Source: Alphaproteobacteria bacterium (GTDB taxonomy: Bacteria > Pseudomonadota > Alphaproteobacteria > JASGCL01). From it: DNA of 64,000 nt. Of the stretch, positions 20,038-30,208 are shown one piece after another (position 1 is the stretch's first letter; every line of letters starts with the position of its first letter). Location: assembly GCA_051010635.1 (NCBI GenBank), contig JBPCVJ010000025.1:18231-82230 (forward strand), read 5' to 3'. The translations under genes and the position numbers were made by a program. Under the pieces are notes generated by a model. The model made no database searches, was not told where the DNA came from, and saw only the letters and a program-made list of their open reading frames with translations.

Positions 20038-21117
20038 TTGATGATCGATGGCAAACACAATAATAAAAAAAATCAACTCCCTACTGATAGTTATAAAAAA
20101 GCGGGGGTGGATATTATGGCGGGCAATGATTTTGCTAAAACCATAGGGTTGATGGCACAAAAAACCCACCAGCCATTTTTGCAAACATCAATTGGTGGGT
20201 TTGCCGCTGTGATTGATATGGCAAAAACAGGTTTTCGTGACCCATTGATGATGTTGTCTTGCGATGGGGTGGGCACAAAATTGGCTTTGGCACAACGCCA
20301 CCGATATTTTGATGGTATTGGGTTTGATTTGGTGGCAATGGCAGTGAATGATATTTTGGTTATGGGGGCAAAGCCTTTGGCTTTTTTGGATTATTATGCT
20401 TGTGGTAAATTGGAAAAACCAATTGCCGAAAAAATTTTAACCAGTATTAGCCATGCTTGTGTCGAGGCTGATTGTGTTTTGGCAGGTGGCGAAACTGCCG
20501 AAATGCCAAATTTTTATGATGGCGGTAAATTTGATTTGGCAGGGTTTGTGATGGGGGCGATAGAGCGGGCTGATTATGATAAAAGGTCAGCGGTGCTGGC
20601 GGGGGATAGGTTGATTGGGCTTAGGTCATCGGGGTTTCACAGCAATGGGTTTAGTTTGATAAGGCGTATATTAGACGAGCATCATATCGATGAGGCGGGG
20701 AAGCCACCTTATGAAAGCCAAGCGGAAAATTTGGCATCTGACCTTTTAACCCCAACTAGGATTTATAAAAAAATTTTTGATGCGGTTGGGCGGGATATCA
20801 AAGCGGCCGCACATATCACTGGCGGTGGTTTGTTGGATAATCTGCCAAGGGTATTTGCTGATAATTTGGTGGCATATATTGATAAAAAAACTTGGGTGAT
20901 GCCAGATTGTTTTGCTTGGCTACAAAATTTGGCAGGTCTATCAAATGAAACCATGTGGCAGAGTTTTAATTGTGGTATTGGTATGGTGTTGTTTGTTGCC
21001 GCCGATAAGGTAGAAATGGTTTTAGAAAAATTAAAATCTTGTGGCGAACAACCATTTTTGCTTGGTGCGATGGCGATGAAAAAAAATAAAACTGACCCAG
21101 CGGTGGTGATAGATTAA
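20038..21117 (+). CDS. purM: Phosphoribosylformylglycinamidine cyclo-ligase
   Basis: This is a 359-aa ORF with AIR-synthase-related N- and C-terminal domains (YKKAGVDI ... SCDGVGTKL ... HITGGGL). Confidence 0.85.
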   Translation: MMIDGKHNNKKNQLPTDSYKKAGVDIMAGNDFAKTIGLMAQKTHQPFLQTSIGGFAAVIDMAKTGFRDPLMMLSCDGVGTKLALAQRHRYFDGIGFDLVAMAVNDILVMGAKPLAFLDYYACGKLEKPIAEKILTSISHACVEADCVLAGGETAEMPNFYDGGKFDLAGFVMGAIERADYDKRSAVLAGDRLIGLRSSGFHSNGFSLIRRILDEHHIDEAGKPPYESQAENLASDLLTPTRIYKKIFDAVGRDIKAAAHITGGGLLDNLPRVFADNLVAYIDKKTWVMPDCFAWLQNLAGLSNETMWQSFNCGIGMVLFVAADKVEMVLEKLKSCGEQPFLLGAMAMKKNKTDPAVVID

Positions 21118-21125
21118 ACAAACCT

Positions 21126-21722
21126 ATGATGGATAAATCTATATCAATCAAAGAACGCATTATGGTGCTACTATCGGGGCGGGGTAGCAATTTTATCAAT
21201 TTGGCAAAATATTTAAAAACAAATTCCCATCACAAAATCATAGCGGTTGCCAGCGATAACCCAGCGGCGCAGGGACTTTCTTATGCCAAAGAAATAGCCT
21301 TGCCAATTTTGTTATTGGATTATCAGGCAGGTAGGGGGTTTGCCGAAAAAACATTGGCAGATTATATTATAAAAGAAAATATCTATTATATTTTATTGGC
21401 AGGTTTTATGAAAATTTTATCAAAAGATTTTGTGATGAAATTTCCCCATCGTATTTTGAATATCCACCCATCTTTATTGCCGCTTTATAAAGGGCTTGAT
21501 ACCCATAAGCGGGTGATAGCCAATGGTGATAAAGAACATGGTTGTTCGGTGCATCTGGTTGATGAAACCCTTGATGGCGGCGCCCTGTTGGCACAAAGGT
21601 GGATAAAGGTTTTACCCAATGATACTGAGGAAAGTTTGGCAGAAAAAGTTTTGGCAATGGAGCATGAATTATATCCTTTTGTTTTACAACATATTGAAAT
21701 TTTGATAGAGCCAATATTATAA
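21126..21722 (+). CDS. purN: Phosphoribosylglycinamide formyltransferase
   Basis: This is a 198-aa ORF with the formyl-transferase motifs (NIHPSLLP, HGCSVHLVDE..DGG). It lies directly downstream of purM. Confidence 0.8.
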   Translation: MMDKSISIKERIMVLLSGRGSNFINLAKYLKTNSHHKIIAVASDNPAAQGLSYAKEIALPILLLDYQAGRGFAEKTLADYIIKENIYYILLAGFMKILSKDFVMKFPHRILNIHPSLLPLYKGLDTHKRVIANGDKEHGCSVHLVDETLDGGALLAQRWIKVLPNDTEESLAEKVLAMEHELYPFVLQHIEILIEPIL

Positions 21723-21725
21723 AAA

Positions 21726-22601
21726 ATGACCGATAAAAATAATCAACCAAGCGATAAGGTCGGGGTGATAGGTGCTGGGCAGATGGGGCGTGGCATAGCA
21801 CAAGTTTTTGCCAGCGGTGGTTTTCAGGTTGTGCTGTGCGATGTGAATGCGGCAGTGCTTGATAGTGCGAAAAAAGATATTTTGCTATCATTAAAAAAAT
21901 TGGCAGAAAAAAATCAATTGAAGCAGAATGTTGATGATATTTTTCGGCTTATAGAATTTTGTCCAAAACTTGATGGTATCAAGCATTGCCAATGGGTGAT
22001 GGAGGCAATTTTGGAAGACTTGACTGCTAAAAAAAATCTTTACCAAGAATTAAAAAACATATTTGCCACCTCGTCCGATTGGGTGTTGGCAAGCAACACC
22101 TCATCTTTTTTGATAAGAACTTTACAAAATTATAGCCCAAACCCAAAAAATTTTTTTGGGGTGCATTTTATGAATCCGCCTGCCTTGATGCCATTGGTGG
22201 AAATTATTTTAACCCCCTTAACCGATCCGACATTGGGTGATATGATGAAACAGATGGTGGAAAAGAAATTGGCAAAACAAGCGGTGCTGGTGAAGGATAG
22301 TTCGGGGTTTTTGCTTAATCGCTTGCTATTGCCTTATTTGAATGAAGCGGTGAAATTGCTTGACAATAATATTGCTAGCCGTGATGATATTGATAAGGTG
22401 ATGATGTTGGGGGCAGGTTATAAAATGGGCCCCTTTGCCTTGTTGGATTTTATTGGCTTAGATATTTGTAAAACCGCATTGGATAATATGGCACAAGATA
22501 CAGGATATGAGCATTACCGACCTTGCCAATTATTATGCGATTTGGTGGAGGCGGGTCATTTGGGGCGTAAAAGCAAAAAAGGTTTTTACGATTATCAATG
22601 A
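21726..22601 (+). CDS. 3-hydroxyacyl-CoA / 3-hydroxybutyryl-CoA dehydrogenase
   Basis: This is a 291-aa ORF with an NAD-binding motif (VGVIGAGQMGRGIA) and the 3HCDH catalytic and C-terminal domain blocks (HFMNPP, GFLLNRLL). Confidence 0.75.
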   Translation: MTDKNNQPSDKVGVIGAGQMGRGIAQVFASGGFQVVLCDVNAAVLDSAKKDILLSLKKLAEKNQLKQNVDDIFRLIEFCPKLDGIKHCQWVMEAILEDLTAKKNLYQELKNIFATSSDWVLASNTSSFLIRTLQNYSPNPKNFFGVHFMNPPALMPLVEIILTPLTDPTLGDMMKQMVEKKLAKQAVLVKDSSGFLLNRLLLPYLNEAVKLLDNNIASRDDIDKVMMLGAGYKMGPFALLDFIGLDICKTALDNMAQDTGYEHYRPCQLLCDLVEAGHLGRKSKKGFYDYQ

Positions 22602-23722
22602 CAGCGATGGATAAAAAAACCGTTATAGCACTTTGTGATTGGTTTTATCATAATCAACGCAATCAACAAAAATTGCCATGGCGACAATTGGGAGGCGCAC
22701 AATCGGCTTGGTGGGTTTTGGTGAGCGAGATGATGTTGCAACAGACGATGGTGGCAAGCATTGCCAAACGCTTTCCTATATTTATAAAAAAATTCCCCAG
22801 CCCCGATGCCATGGTGGCAGGGGGGATAGATAAGGTGCTTGATGCTTGGGCGGGGCTTGGTTATTATCGCCGTGCCCATTATTTATTTTTATCTGCCCAA
22901 AAAATTTCTAGCGATGGTTGGCAAAAAAATATTGATACATTGAAAACTTTGCCAGGGGTGGGGGATTATACGGCAAAGGCACTTTTGGCATTTGCCTTTT
23001 TGCAAAAAACTATACCGCTTGATGGCAATATGATAAGGGTGTTATCGCGGTTTTTAAAAAAAAATTTTTATCTTGCCAAAACTCCATTGGCAAAAAAATA
23101 CTTAGCCAGTTTGCCTGATAGGTTGTTGCCTGATAAAAATTTACCCCCATCATTTATCATATCTGATTGGGTGCAGGCTATGATGGATTTGGCACATGAA
23201 ATTTGCTTACCCCAGAAACCTTTATGTTCTATTTGCCCTTTGCAAAAAAAATGTTTGGGGCAGAAACATTGGCGATATTACCCTCGCTTGAAGAAAAAAC
23301 CTATAAGACAAAAAGTTTATGGGGCGGTGTTGATTTGTCAAAATCATAAGGGGGAATATTTGCTACAGCGTCGTTTTTATCAAAAAACTAATCTACCTAA
23401 ATTTTCGCTGAATGGTGCACAAGGTTTATATCAGGGGCTATTGTCTTTTCCCTTATCATCTTTGGTAACACGAAGAAAAAATGCAAGCTGGAATTTTGCC
23501 AATATCATTGATGACAAAAAATCTACCTATGATAAAATAAAACCCGATAGGGTGGTGCGTGATTTAACCCATAGGCGTTTGGTGTTGTCATTGGTGTTTT
23601 GCCATATAAGCAAACTATCTTCTTATGGTGGCAATGATAAAATTATATGGGTGCATGGCGATGAGTTGTTGCATCTACCACTTCCTGCGGTGATGAAAAA
23701 AGTGGTAAGGGAGATAGTGTGA
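22598..23722 (+). CDS. mutY: A/G-specific adenine DNA glycosylase
   Basis: It has an HhH-GPD N-terminal domain with the 4Fe-4S cluster loop (CLPQKPLCSICPLQKKC) and a NUDIX-like C-terminal domain. Its start overlaps the upstream gene by ATGA. Confidence 0.7.
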   Translation: MTAMDKKTVIALCDWFYHNQRNQQKLPWRQLGGAQSAWWVLVSEMMLQQTMVASIAKRFPIFIKKFPSPDAMVAGGIDKVLDAWAGLGYYRRAHYLFLSAQKISSDGWQKNIDTLKTLPGVGDYTAKALLAFAFLQKTIPLDGNMIRVLSRFLKKNFYLAKTPLAKKYLASLPDRLLPDKNLPPSFIISDWVQAMMDLAHEICLPQKPLCSICPLQKKCLGQKHWRYYPRLKKKPIRQKVYGAVLICQNHKGEYLLQRRFYQKTNLPKFSLNGAQGLYQGLLSFPLSSLVTRRKNASWNFANIIDDKKSTYDKIKPDRVVRDLTHRRLVLSLVFCHISKLSSYGGNDKIIWVHGDELLHLPLPAVMKKVVREIV

Positions 23723-24864
23723 TGATAGATAATTATATTTTAAGAAAATCCCCCCGTTTGCCGCAAGCTGGTTTGTTGGGAAAATATTTTTTTATTACAT
23801 ATGTAAGGGTGGTGGCGGCAGGCACTTTGGTATTGGTGGCAATTTTGTTGTTGGGGCAGGTCATTTATTCTTTGCCATCATTGATAGCATCAGGGTTTAA
23901 CCCGATTATTTTGATGAAAATTATTATTTTTTATACCCCCCATGCTTTGACGATTATTTTACCTTTTGTGCTGTCGTTTGGCATATTTGTGGCTATGCGG
24001 CGGCAATTTGAAAATCATGAGATATTGATGGTGCGTGGGTTTGGTGCATCAACCAGACAATTATTGTTTGTTATTTGGAAATTGGCGTTTGGTGGTTTTT
24101 TGGTTTTATTGCTGTTGAAATCTTATCTTGCCCCTTGGGGGCAAGCGGGTTATCGTCAGGTTAAATTTCTTGCCCGCCAAAATATTGCACGGGCGATAGT
24201 TGAAGAGGGGCGTTTTTTCAGCCCGACCCCGGGTTTTACCATATTTATTGGTAAAAAAACCTTTAATGGTTTGTTGGAAGATATTTTTATTTTTGATAAC
24301 CGCCAATCGGCAAAGGATGCCTCGCAACGCACATCGGCTATTAGTGCCGAAAAAGGGGCGATGACCAATGATAATATTCTTACCCTTAACAATGGCACAG
24401 AATTTCAAGTGGGGGGGGAACGGGTTTCTAGCTTAAAATTTGACCGCTATAGTATGGATATTTCGGTGTTTCAAAAACAAAACAGAAGGCGTAGTGGCAT
24501 TGAAATTGGCACGACTGAGGCTTGGCAAAAGATGCGTGCGGCAAAACCCAAGACGATTGATTTTTATTATTATCTATTGTTGTTGAATGAAAAAATTATT
24601 TACAGCTTGCTTGGGTTGTTTTTGCCATTGTTTGCTGCCCTTTTATTGTGGCGAAGTCAAATTGATAAATCGGGGCGTTATCGGCAAGCGATGGTGTGGT
24701 TGTTTTTGCTAACCCTTGCTTCATTTGTGGTGCATTTGGTATCTTATAGTGTCAATCGGCGTAGCTTGGCACAATATTATATTATGTTGTTGCCGATAGG
24801 GTGGTTGTTGATGAATTTTTGGTTTTTGCGTTATTGGCCGAAAAAATTAAAACGGGGCGATTAA
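23719..24864 (+). CDS. LptF/LptG-family LPS export permease (YjgP/YjgQ)
   Basis: This is a 381-aa ORF with 6 TM segments and a periplasmic beta-jellyroll insert between TM3 and TM4, matching the LptF/G architecture. Confidence 0.6.
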   Translation: MMIDNYILRKSPRLPQAGLLGKYFFITYVRVVAAGTLVLVAILLLGQVIYSLPSLIASGFNPIILMKIIIFYTPHALTIILPFVLSFGIFVAMRRQFENHEILMVRGFGASTRQLLFVIWKLAFGGFLVLLLLKSYLAPWGQAGYRQVKFLARQNIARAIVEEGRFFSPTPGFTIFIGKKTFNGLLEDIFIFDNRQSAKDASQRTSAISAEKGAMTNDNILTLNNGTEFQVGGERVSSLKFDRYSMDISVFQKQNRRRSGIEIGTTEAWQKMRAAKPKTIDFYYYLLLLNEKIIYSLLGLFLPLFAALLLWRSQIDKSGRYRQAMVWLFLLTLASFVVHLVSYSVNRRSLAQYYIMLLPIGWLLMNFWFLRYWPKKLKRGD

Positions 24865-24954
24865 ATCATTTTTTTCTAATGGTTGTCTATTGTGTTTGTT
24901 TGTGCTAGGGTTGTGGTGAAACTCTGTTGAATACAATATGATAAAAGCGAAATA

Positions 24955-26259
24955 ATGCACCAAGAACCGATGGCGTCAGGCGATACGCCAAGTTTTATTG
25001 ATTGTGGTTTATCCCCCGAATTGGCAAGAATTGTAATGGATTTGGGCTATCAAAACCCAACCCCGATACAGCAAAAATCTATTCCTGCTGTATTGATGGG
25101 TAGAGATATTATAGCCATATCGCAAACTGGCAGTGGCAAGACCGCCAGTTTTGCCTTGCCAGCGATAGATATTTTGTCGAATCAATCGTCACGCGCCCGT
25201 ATGCCGCGTTGTTTGGTATTAGAACCTACCCGTGAATTGGCAAGCCAAGTGCAAGATAGTATGATTGCCTATGGCAAACATGCCAATTTGCGTTCGGTGT
25301 TATTGATAGGCGGGGTTGCTTTTGACCCGCAAAAAAAAGAATTGATGGCAGGGGCGGATATTATTATTGCGACGCCAGGGCGGTTGATCGACCATATTGA
25401 GCGTAGCCGTCTTATTTTGACCGATATTAATCTGTTGGTGATAGATGAAGCGGATCGTATGCTTGATATGGGTTTTATTCCCGATATTATTCGTATTTTG
25501 AAACTCTTGCCGAAAAAACGCCAGACCTTGTTGTTGTCTGCCACAATGGCGGATGAAATAAAAAAATTGACTCATCAATTTATGACCAACCCTAAACAGA
25601 TAGAGGCGGCACGACCCGCCACCACTGCCCAAACCATTGACCAGCGTAAAATCCATCTACCTGAAGCAAAAAAATTATCGGTGTTGATTCAATTATTGCA
25701 AAGCGAAGATATTAAGAATGGTTTGATTTTTTGTAATCGCAAAAAAGATATCGCTATGGTGATGAAAACTTTGAAGGCAAGGCGTATCAAAGCCGAAGAA
25801 TTGCATGGCGATTTAGACCAGCATCAACGCATACGCACCTTGCAGGCATTTCGTGATGGGGCGATTAATCTTTTGGTTTGTTCTGATGTGGCCGCCCGCG
25901 GGCTTGATATACCAGCGGTGAGCCATGTTTTTAATTTGGATGTGCCGACCAATGCCGAAGATTATGTGCATCGCATTGGGCGCACTGGGCGTGCGGGGCG
26001 AAGGGGGCGGGCGATTATTTTTGTTGCCAACCATGAAGCGGAATATGTGATGGCAATTGAAAAACTTATTAAGCAAAAAATTTTGCCGCTTGCTTTTTTG
26101 CCCAAGCCTTATCGCAATGGTTATCATAGCCAAGCCAACTCTGGGCTTGATAGGAATCTTCATCAAAATGCCAAAGCAAAAAAACCACTTTATTTGCAAA
26201 AAGATGATGAAGGGAATCAATTGCCCGATTTTTTAACTACACCCACCAGCAAAAGATAA
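24955..26259 (+). CDS. DEAD-box ATP-dependent RNA helicase (RhlE-like)
   Basis: The Q-motif, Walker A (SQTGSGKTASF), DEAD (VIDEAD), SAT, and the HRIGRTGR motif are all present. Confidence 0.8.
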   Translation: MHQEPMASGDTPSFIDCGLSPELARIVMDLGYQNPTPIQQKSIPAVLMGRDIIAISQTGSGKTASFALPAIDILSNQSSRARMPRCLVLEPTRELASQVQDSMIAYGKHANLRSVLLIGGVAFDPQKKELMAGADIIIATPGRLIDHIERSRLILTDINLLVIDEADRMLDMGFIPDIIRILKLLPKKRQTLLLSATMADEIKKLTHQFMTNPKQIEAARPATTAQTIDQRKIHLPEAKKLSVLIQLLQSEDIKNGLIFCNRKKDIAMVMKTLKARRIKAEELHGDLDQHQRIRTLQAFRDGAINLLVCSDVAARGLDIPAVSHVFNLDVPTNAEDYVHRIGRTGRAGRRGRAIIFVANHEAEYVMAIEKLIKQKILPLAFLPKPYRNGYHSQANSGLDRNLHQNAKAKKPLYLQKDDEGNQLPDFLTTPTSKR

Positions 26260-26329
26260 TCTATCAATAGATGATTGATAGAAGAATATTCTTGGCTTTG
26301 GATGATAACAAAAATTAAGGTCCAAACCT

Positions 26330-28291
26330 ATGCCGCTTTTTTTTTCGTCAAAACAACCTGCCAAAAATTTGTTGGATAAGGTGCATTTACCAAAAGATAT
26401 TCGCCATTTTACTCTAAAAGAATTGCGTCAATTGGCAGGGGAATTACGCCATGATATGATAACATCAGTTGCCAAAACGGGCGGGCATTTGGGGGCGAGT
26501 TTGGGTGCGGTGGAGCTGACACTTGCTTTGCATTATGTTTTTAATACACCAAAAGATTTGCTGGTGTGGGATATTGGTCATCAAACTTATCCCCATAAAA
26601 TTTTAACCAAACGCCGTTCGCTGATGCCAACCTTGCGTCAAGAATATGGCTTGTCGGGTTTTACCATGATAAGCGAAAGCCCATATGACCATTTTGGCGC
26701 GGGGCATAGCTCAACTGCTATTTCGGCAGCTTTGGGTATGGCAGTTGCCAATCAAAAAATTGGTAAGGCGAAACACAAGGTGATAGCGGTGATTGGTGAT
26801 GGGGCAATGAGTGCAGGGCTTGCCTTTGAGGCTATGAATAATGCGGGGCATTTGAAAATTCCTATGTTGGTTATTTTGAATGATAATGATATGTCCATCG
26901 CACCACCGGTCGGGGCATTGAGCGACCATTTGACGATGTTGATGTCTAGCAAATCATTTTTGGGTTTGCGGCAGCTGACTTTTGATACTTTTGATTTTTT
27001 GCCAAAAAAAATTAAAAGTAAATTAAAATTAACCGAACGCTATGTGCGTAATTTGGCAAGCGGTGGTAATTTTTTTGAACATTTGGGGTTTTATTATGTC
27101 GGGTTGGTTGATGGGCATAATCTAGACCATTTGATAAGTGTTTTGAAAAATATCAAAATAGCCAATCTATCATCGCCAGTGTTATTGCATGTGGTAACAA
27201 AAAAGGGCAAGGGTTATAAGCCTGCAGAAAAAGCCAGCGATAAATTTCACGGGGTGAGCCAATTTGATATCACCTCGGGCAAGTCTTTATCGGCAAAAAG
27301 TGATAAACCAAGTTATACCAGCATTGTGACAAAAGCTTTATGCGAATTGATGGCAGTGGATAAAAAAATCATTGCCATCACCGCGGCGATGCCGAATGGT
27401 ACAGGGCTTGATGTGGTGGCTAAACAATTTCCTAAAAATGTTTTTGATGTCGGTATTGCCGAACAACATGCGGTTACCTTTGCTGGCGGTATGGCGAGCC
27501 GCGGCTTAAAACCTTTTGTGGCTATCTATTCAACTTTTTTACAACGCGCCTTTGACCAAGTGATACATGATATAGCGGTGCAAAATTTGCCTGTGCGGTT
27601 TTTGCTTGACCGTGCGGGTTATGTTGGTGCAGATGGTGCAACCCACCATGGGTCATTTGATTTGACTCTTTTGACGGCTTTACCCAATTTTGTGGTGATG
27701 GCACCCAGCGATGAAGCCGAATTGCGTGATATGATCCATGGCATGAAAAATTATGATAAGGGGCCAATAGCGATACGCTTTCCAAGGGGAAATGGGGTGG
27801 GGGTGTTGATGCCAAAAAAACCAAAAAAAATAACCATAGGGCAAGGGGTGAAGGTATTATCGGCAAATGCTAAGAATCGCCATGGCGATAAAATAGCTTT
27901 ATGGGCTTTGGGGGCGATGTTTTATAGAACATGGCAAGCGATAGATATTTTGAAAAAACAAAATGCCCCCGATGATTTGTTATCATCGCTTAGCCTTATC
28001 AATCCCCGTTTTGCTAAACCGCTTGATGGGCGGCTCGCACAACACCTATTGCAAGACCATAATATTTTTATCACATTGGAAGAAGGTGCGATAGGTGGTT
28101 TTTATAATCAGATGGCATATTATTTGGAACAACATAAGGGCAATAAAAACATTAGTCTGTATGGGCGATATATGCCTGATAAATTTATTGAACAAGCCAC
28201 CTCCGAACGCCAATTATCCATTGCCAATTTGTCGCCTGAAAGAATCGCTAACTTTATTTTTTCTCTCTATTCTGCTAGGGTGAAGGTATAA
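26330..28291 (+). CDS. dxs: 1-deoxy-D-xylulose-5-phosphate synthase
   Basis: This is a 653-aa ORF with a TPP-binding motif (GDGAMSAGLAFEAMNNAG), a transketolase-like middle domain and a C-terminal domain. Confidence 0.85.
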   Translation: MPLFFSSKQPAKNLLDKVHLPKDIRHFTLKELRQLAGELRHDMITSVAKTGGHLGASLGAVELTLALHYVFNTPKDLLVWDIGHQTYPHKILTKRRSLMPTLRQEYGLSGFTMISESPYDHFGAGHSSTAISAALGMAVANQKIGKAKHKVIAVIGDGAMSAGLAFEAMNNAGHLKIPMLVILNDNDMSIAPPVGALSDHLTMLMSSKSFLGLRQLTFDTFDFLPKKIKSKLKLTERYVRNLASGGNFFEHLGFYYVGLVDGHNLDHLISVLKNIKIANLSSPVLLHVVTKKGKGYKPAEKASDKFHGVSQFDITSGKSLSAKSDKPSYTSIVTKALCELMAVDKKIIAITAAMPNGTGLDVVAKQFPKNVFDVGIAEQHAVTFAGGMASRGLKPFVAIYSTFLQRAFDQVIHDIAVQNLPVRFLLDRAGYVGADGATHHGSFDLTLLTALPNFVVMAPSDEAELRDMIHGMKNYDKGPIAIRFPRGNGVGVLMPKKPKKITIGQGVKVLSANAKNRHGDKIALWALGAMFYRTWQAIDILKKQNAPDDLLSSLSLINPRFAKPLDGRLAQHLLQDHNIFITLEEGAIGGFYNQMAYYLEQHKGNKNISLYGRYMPDKFIEQATSERQLSIANLSPERIANFIFSLYSARVKV

Positions 28292-28423
28292 ATTTTTTTA
28301 AAATAATAATATATGATGATAAAAAAAATTTCTTTTAAAATTAAGCCAACATATAATGATAATGATTTTTTGCCATTGATGGGCAGGTTTTATCAATATT
28401 ATATGGCTATCATATATCGCAAG

Positions 28424-29893
28424 ATGTGGGTGTGGCTATGTGGTTGTTGCTTTTTGCTTGGTTTGCCAACCATAGCATCTGGTGAAACATTTGCTACCTA
28501 TCTTAAGGCGATGCTTAATAACCAGCCTGGTCTTAGGGCAGCGCTTTATGATGTTTATAGCAAAGGGCAACTTTATGATGTGTCTATTTCACAATTATTT
28601 AACCCTTCGGTTGCTTTGGTGAGTAGTTTTGGTCAAACCTATTCTATGAATACTGGCTCTTCTGCCTCCTTTGCCAATTATGAGTCAACCTATAACCGCA
28701 ATAGCCATAGTTTGCAATTAACCCAAAATATTTTCAATGGTGGTAAGGATAATTTGGCAATGCAACAGGGGCGGGCGGTTTTTCATTTAAGCGAATGGCA
28801 ATATCTGGCACAGGAGCAAGAGCTTATTTTGCAATCGGCAGTTGCCTATACCGATGTTATCAAGGCACGCAAAGCCTATCAATTACAAAAATGGAACAAT
28901 GATATGATGGCAAGAATTTTGGCAACGGCTCGTATTAGGTTTCGCACTGGCATCATCACCAATAGCGATTTGGCACAAAGCGAATCATTGAAATCAGCCA
29001 ATGATGCCTTGTTGATAACTGCCCAAAATAATTTTAATGCGGCCAATGATGAATTTAAGCGGTTGTTTGGCACTTTACCCAGTAAGAATTTGGAAGCCAT
29101 CGATAAAGATTTGAAAACCATTGCCGCTGCGATTAACAAACGCAACAAAGGGTCACAAAAAAATTGGCTACGGGATTTTGAAAGACGCAACCCCTATCTA
29201 CAACAGGCAAGGTTGCAAAATGCTATAGCCAAGATTCAAAAAGATAGTAATTTGGTGGGGTCTTTGCCAAAAATTGATTTTAATTTGAGGGCTGAGCTTG
29301 CCACCAGCTCCCAACCCAATGCCGCCCGCAATAGCAAAAGTTTTGGCGGTAGTATCACCATCACCCAGCCTTTATGGTTTCAAGGGGCTTTGTTATCGGG
29401 ATCGCGTGCGGTTATTAGCGCTGCCAAGGTGAGCGAATTACAATTTCGTGATACCAGCCAAAAATTGCAAACCCAATTTAATCGTGCCTATCAAGATTAT
29501 CGTGCTAGTTTATTGGCAGAACGAGCCTATGTGTCGGCAGTAAGGTCATCACGCTTGGGGTTAAAGGCGGCCAACATTGAGTATAATGCAGGCAAACGCA
29601 CGGTGCTTGAATTGATGCAGGCCGCCGATAGTAATCTTAACAATGAATTGAGTCTGCTTGATGCTAGTCAAAAAAGAACCACAGCTATGTTGAATTTGCA
29701 AATGATGACGGGTGATTTAATCGCTAGTAATTTTGGTTTGGCATCACCCTATCGTGCCTTGACCGAGCGTGATCGTGATTATCGTGGTGCGGCCAATCCC
29801 TTTGTGGTGGTGAGCGAATGGTTATTTGCCCCTAATGTGGAAAAATCTATCAAAAGATACCCCAAAGATTTTGAAGAAAAGCGAAGAAAATAA
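28424..29893 (+). CDS. TolC-family outer membrane efflux protein
   Basis: The protein has two outer-membrane-efflux-protein repeat halves, each with a coiled-coil plus beta-strand signature. A signal peptide, MWVWLCGCCFLLGLPTIASG, begins at 28424. The ORF-track start at 28313 adds 37 residues that are unlikely to be translated. Confidence 0.65.
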   Translation: MWVWLCGCCFLLGLPTIASGETFATYLKAMLNNQPGLRAALYDVYSKGQLYDVSISQLFNPSVALVSSFGQTYSMNTGSSASFANYESTYNRNSHSLQLTQNIFNGGKDNLAMQQGRAVFHLSEWQYLAQEQELILQSAVAYTDVIKARKAYQLQKWNNDMMARILATARIRFRTGIITNSDLAQSESLKSANDALLITAQNNFNAANDEFKRLFGTLPSKNLEAIDKDLKTIAAAINKRNKGSQKNWLRDFERRNPYLQQARLQNAIAKIQKDSNLVGSLPKIDFNLRAELATSSQPNAARNSKSFGGSITITQPLWFQGALLSGSRAVISAAKVSELQFRDTSQKLQTQFNRAYQDYRASLLAERAYVSAVRSSRLGLKAANIEYNAGKRTVLELMQAADSNLNNELSLLDASQKRTTAMLNLQMMTGDLIASNFGLASPYRALTERDRDYRGAANPFVVVSEWLFAPNVEKSIKRYPKDFEEKRRK

Positions 29894-29907
29894 TCAACTA
29901 TACTAAT

Positions 29908-30195
29908 ATGAATGATAAAATAGATAATCAACTAGATGATAAAATTGCCGCGCGGGTATTGTGGCGATTGGTAAAACATTTACAAACTCGCCATGATGTA
30001 GAAAATATTGATTTGATGAATTTGGCGGGGTTTTGCCGTAATTGTTTGGCAAAATGGTATTATGAAGAAATGGAAAACATCGGGGCATCTGGTGATAGGG
30101 ATGATATTAAAAAACTTATCTATGGTATGGATTATGACCAATGGAAAAAATTATATCAAAAGGGAGAAAAATTGCCGCCAAAAGATGGCATATAG
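29908..30195 (+). CDS. DUF1244-like small conserved protein
   Basis: This is a 95-aa ORF with a CxxC motif (FCRNCLAKWY) in a conserved block. It resembles the alphaproteobacterial DUF1244 family. The assignment is from memory. Confidence 0.45.
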   Translation: MNDKIDNQLDDKIAARVLWRLVKHLQTRHDVENIDLMNLAGFCRNCLAKWYYEEMENIGASGDRDDIKKLIYGMDYDQWKKLYQKGEKLPPKDGI

Positions 30196-30208
30196 CTAAA
30201 ATATTTGG

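Noticed and set aside
24955-26259. DEAD-box helicase as part of a defence or retron-like module
   Set aside because: It is a standard RhlE-type helicase with housekeeping neighbours (lptF/G-family and dxs). No reverse transcriptase or nuclease is nearby.
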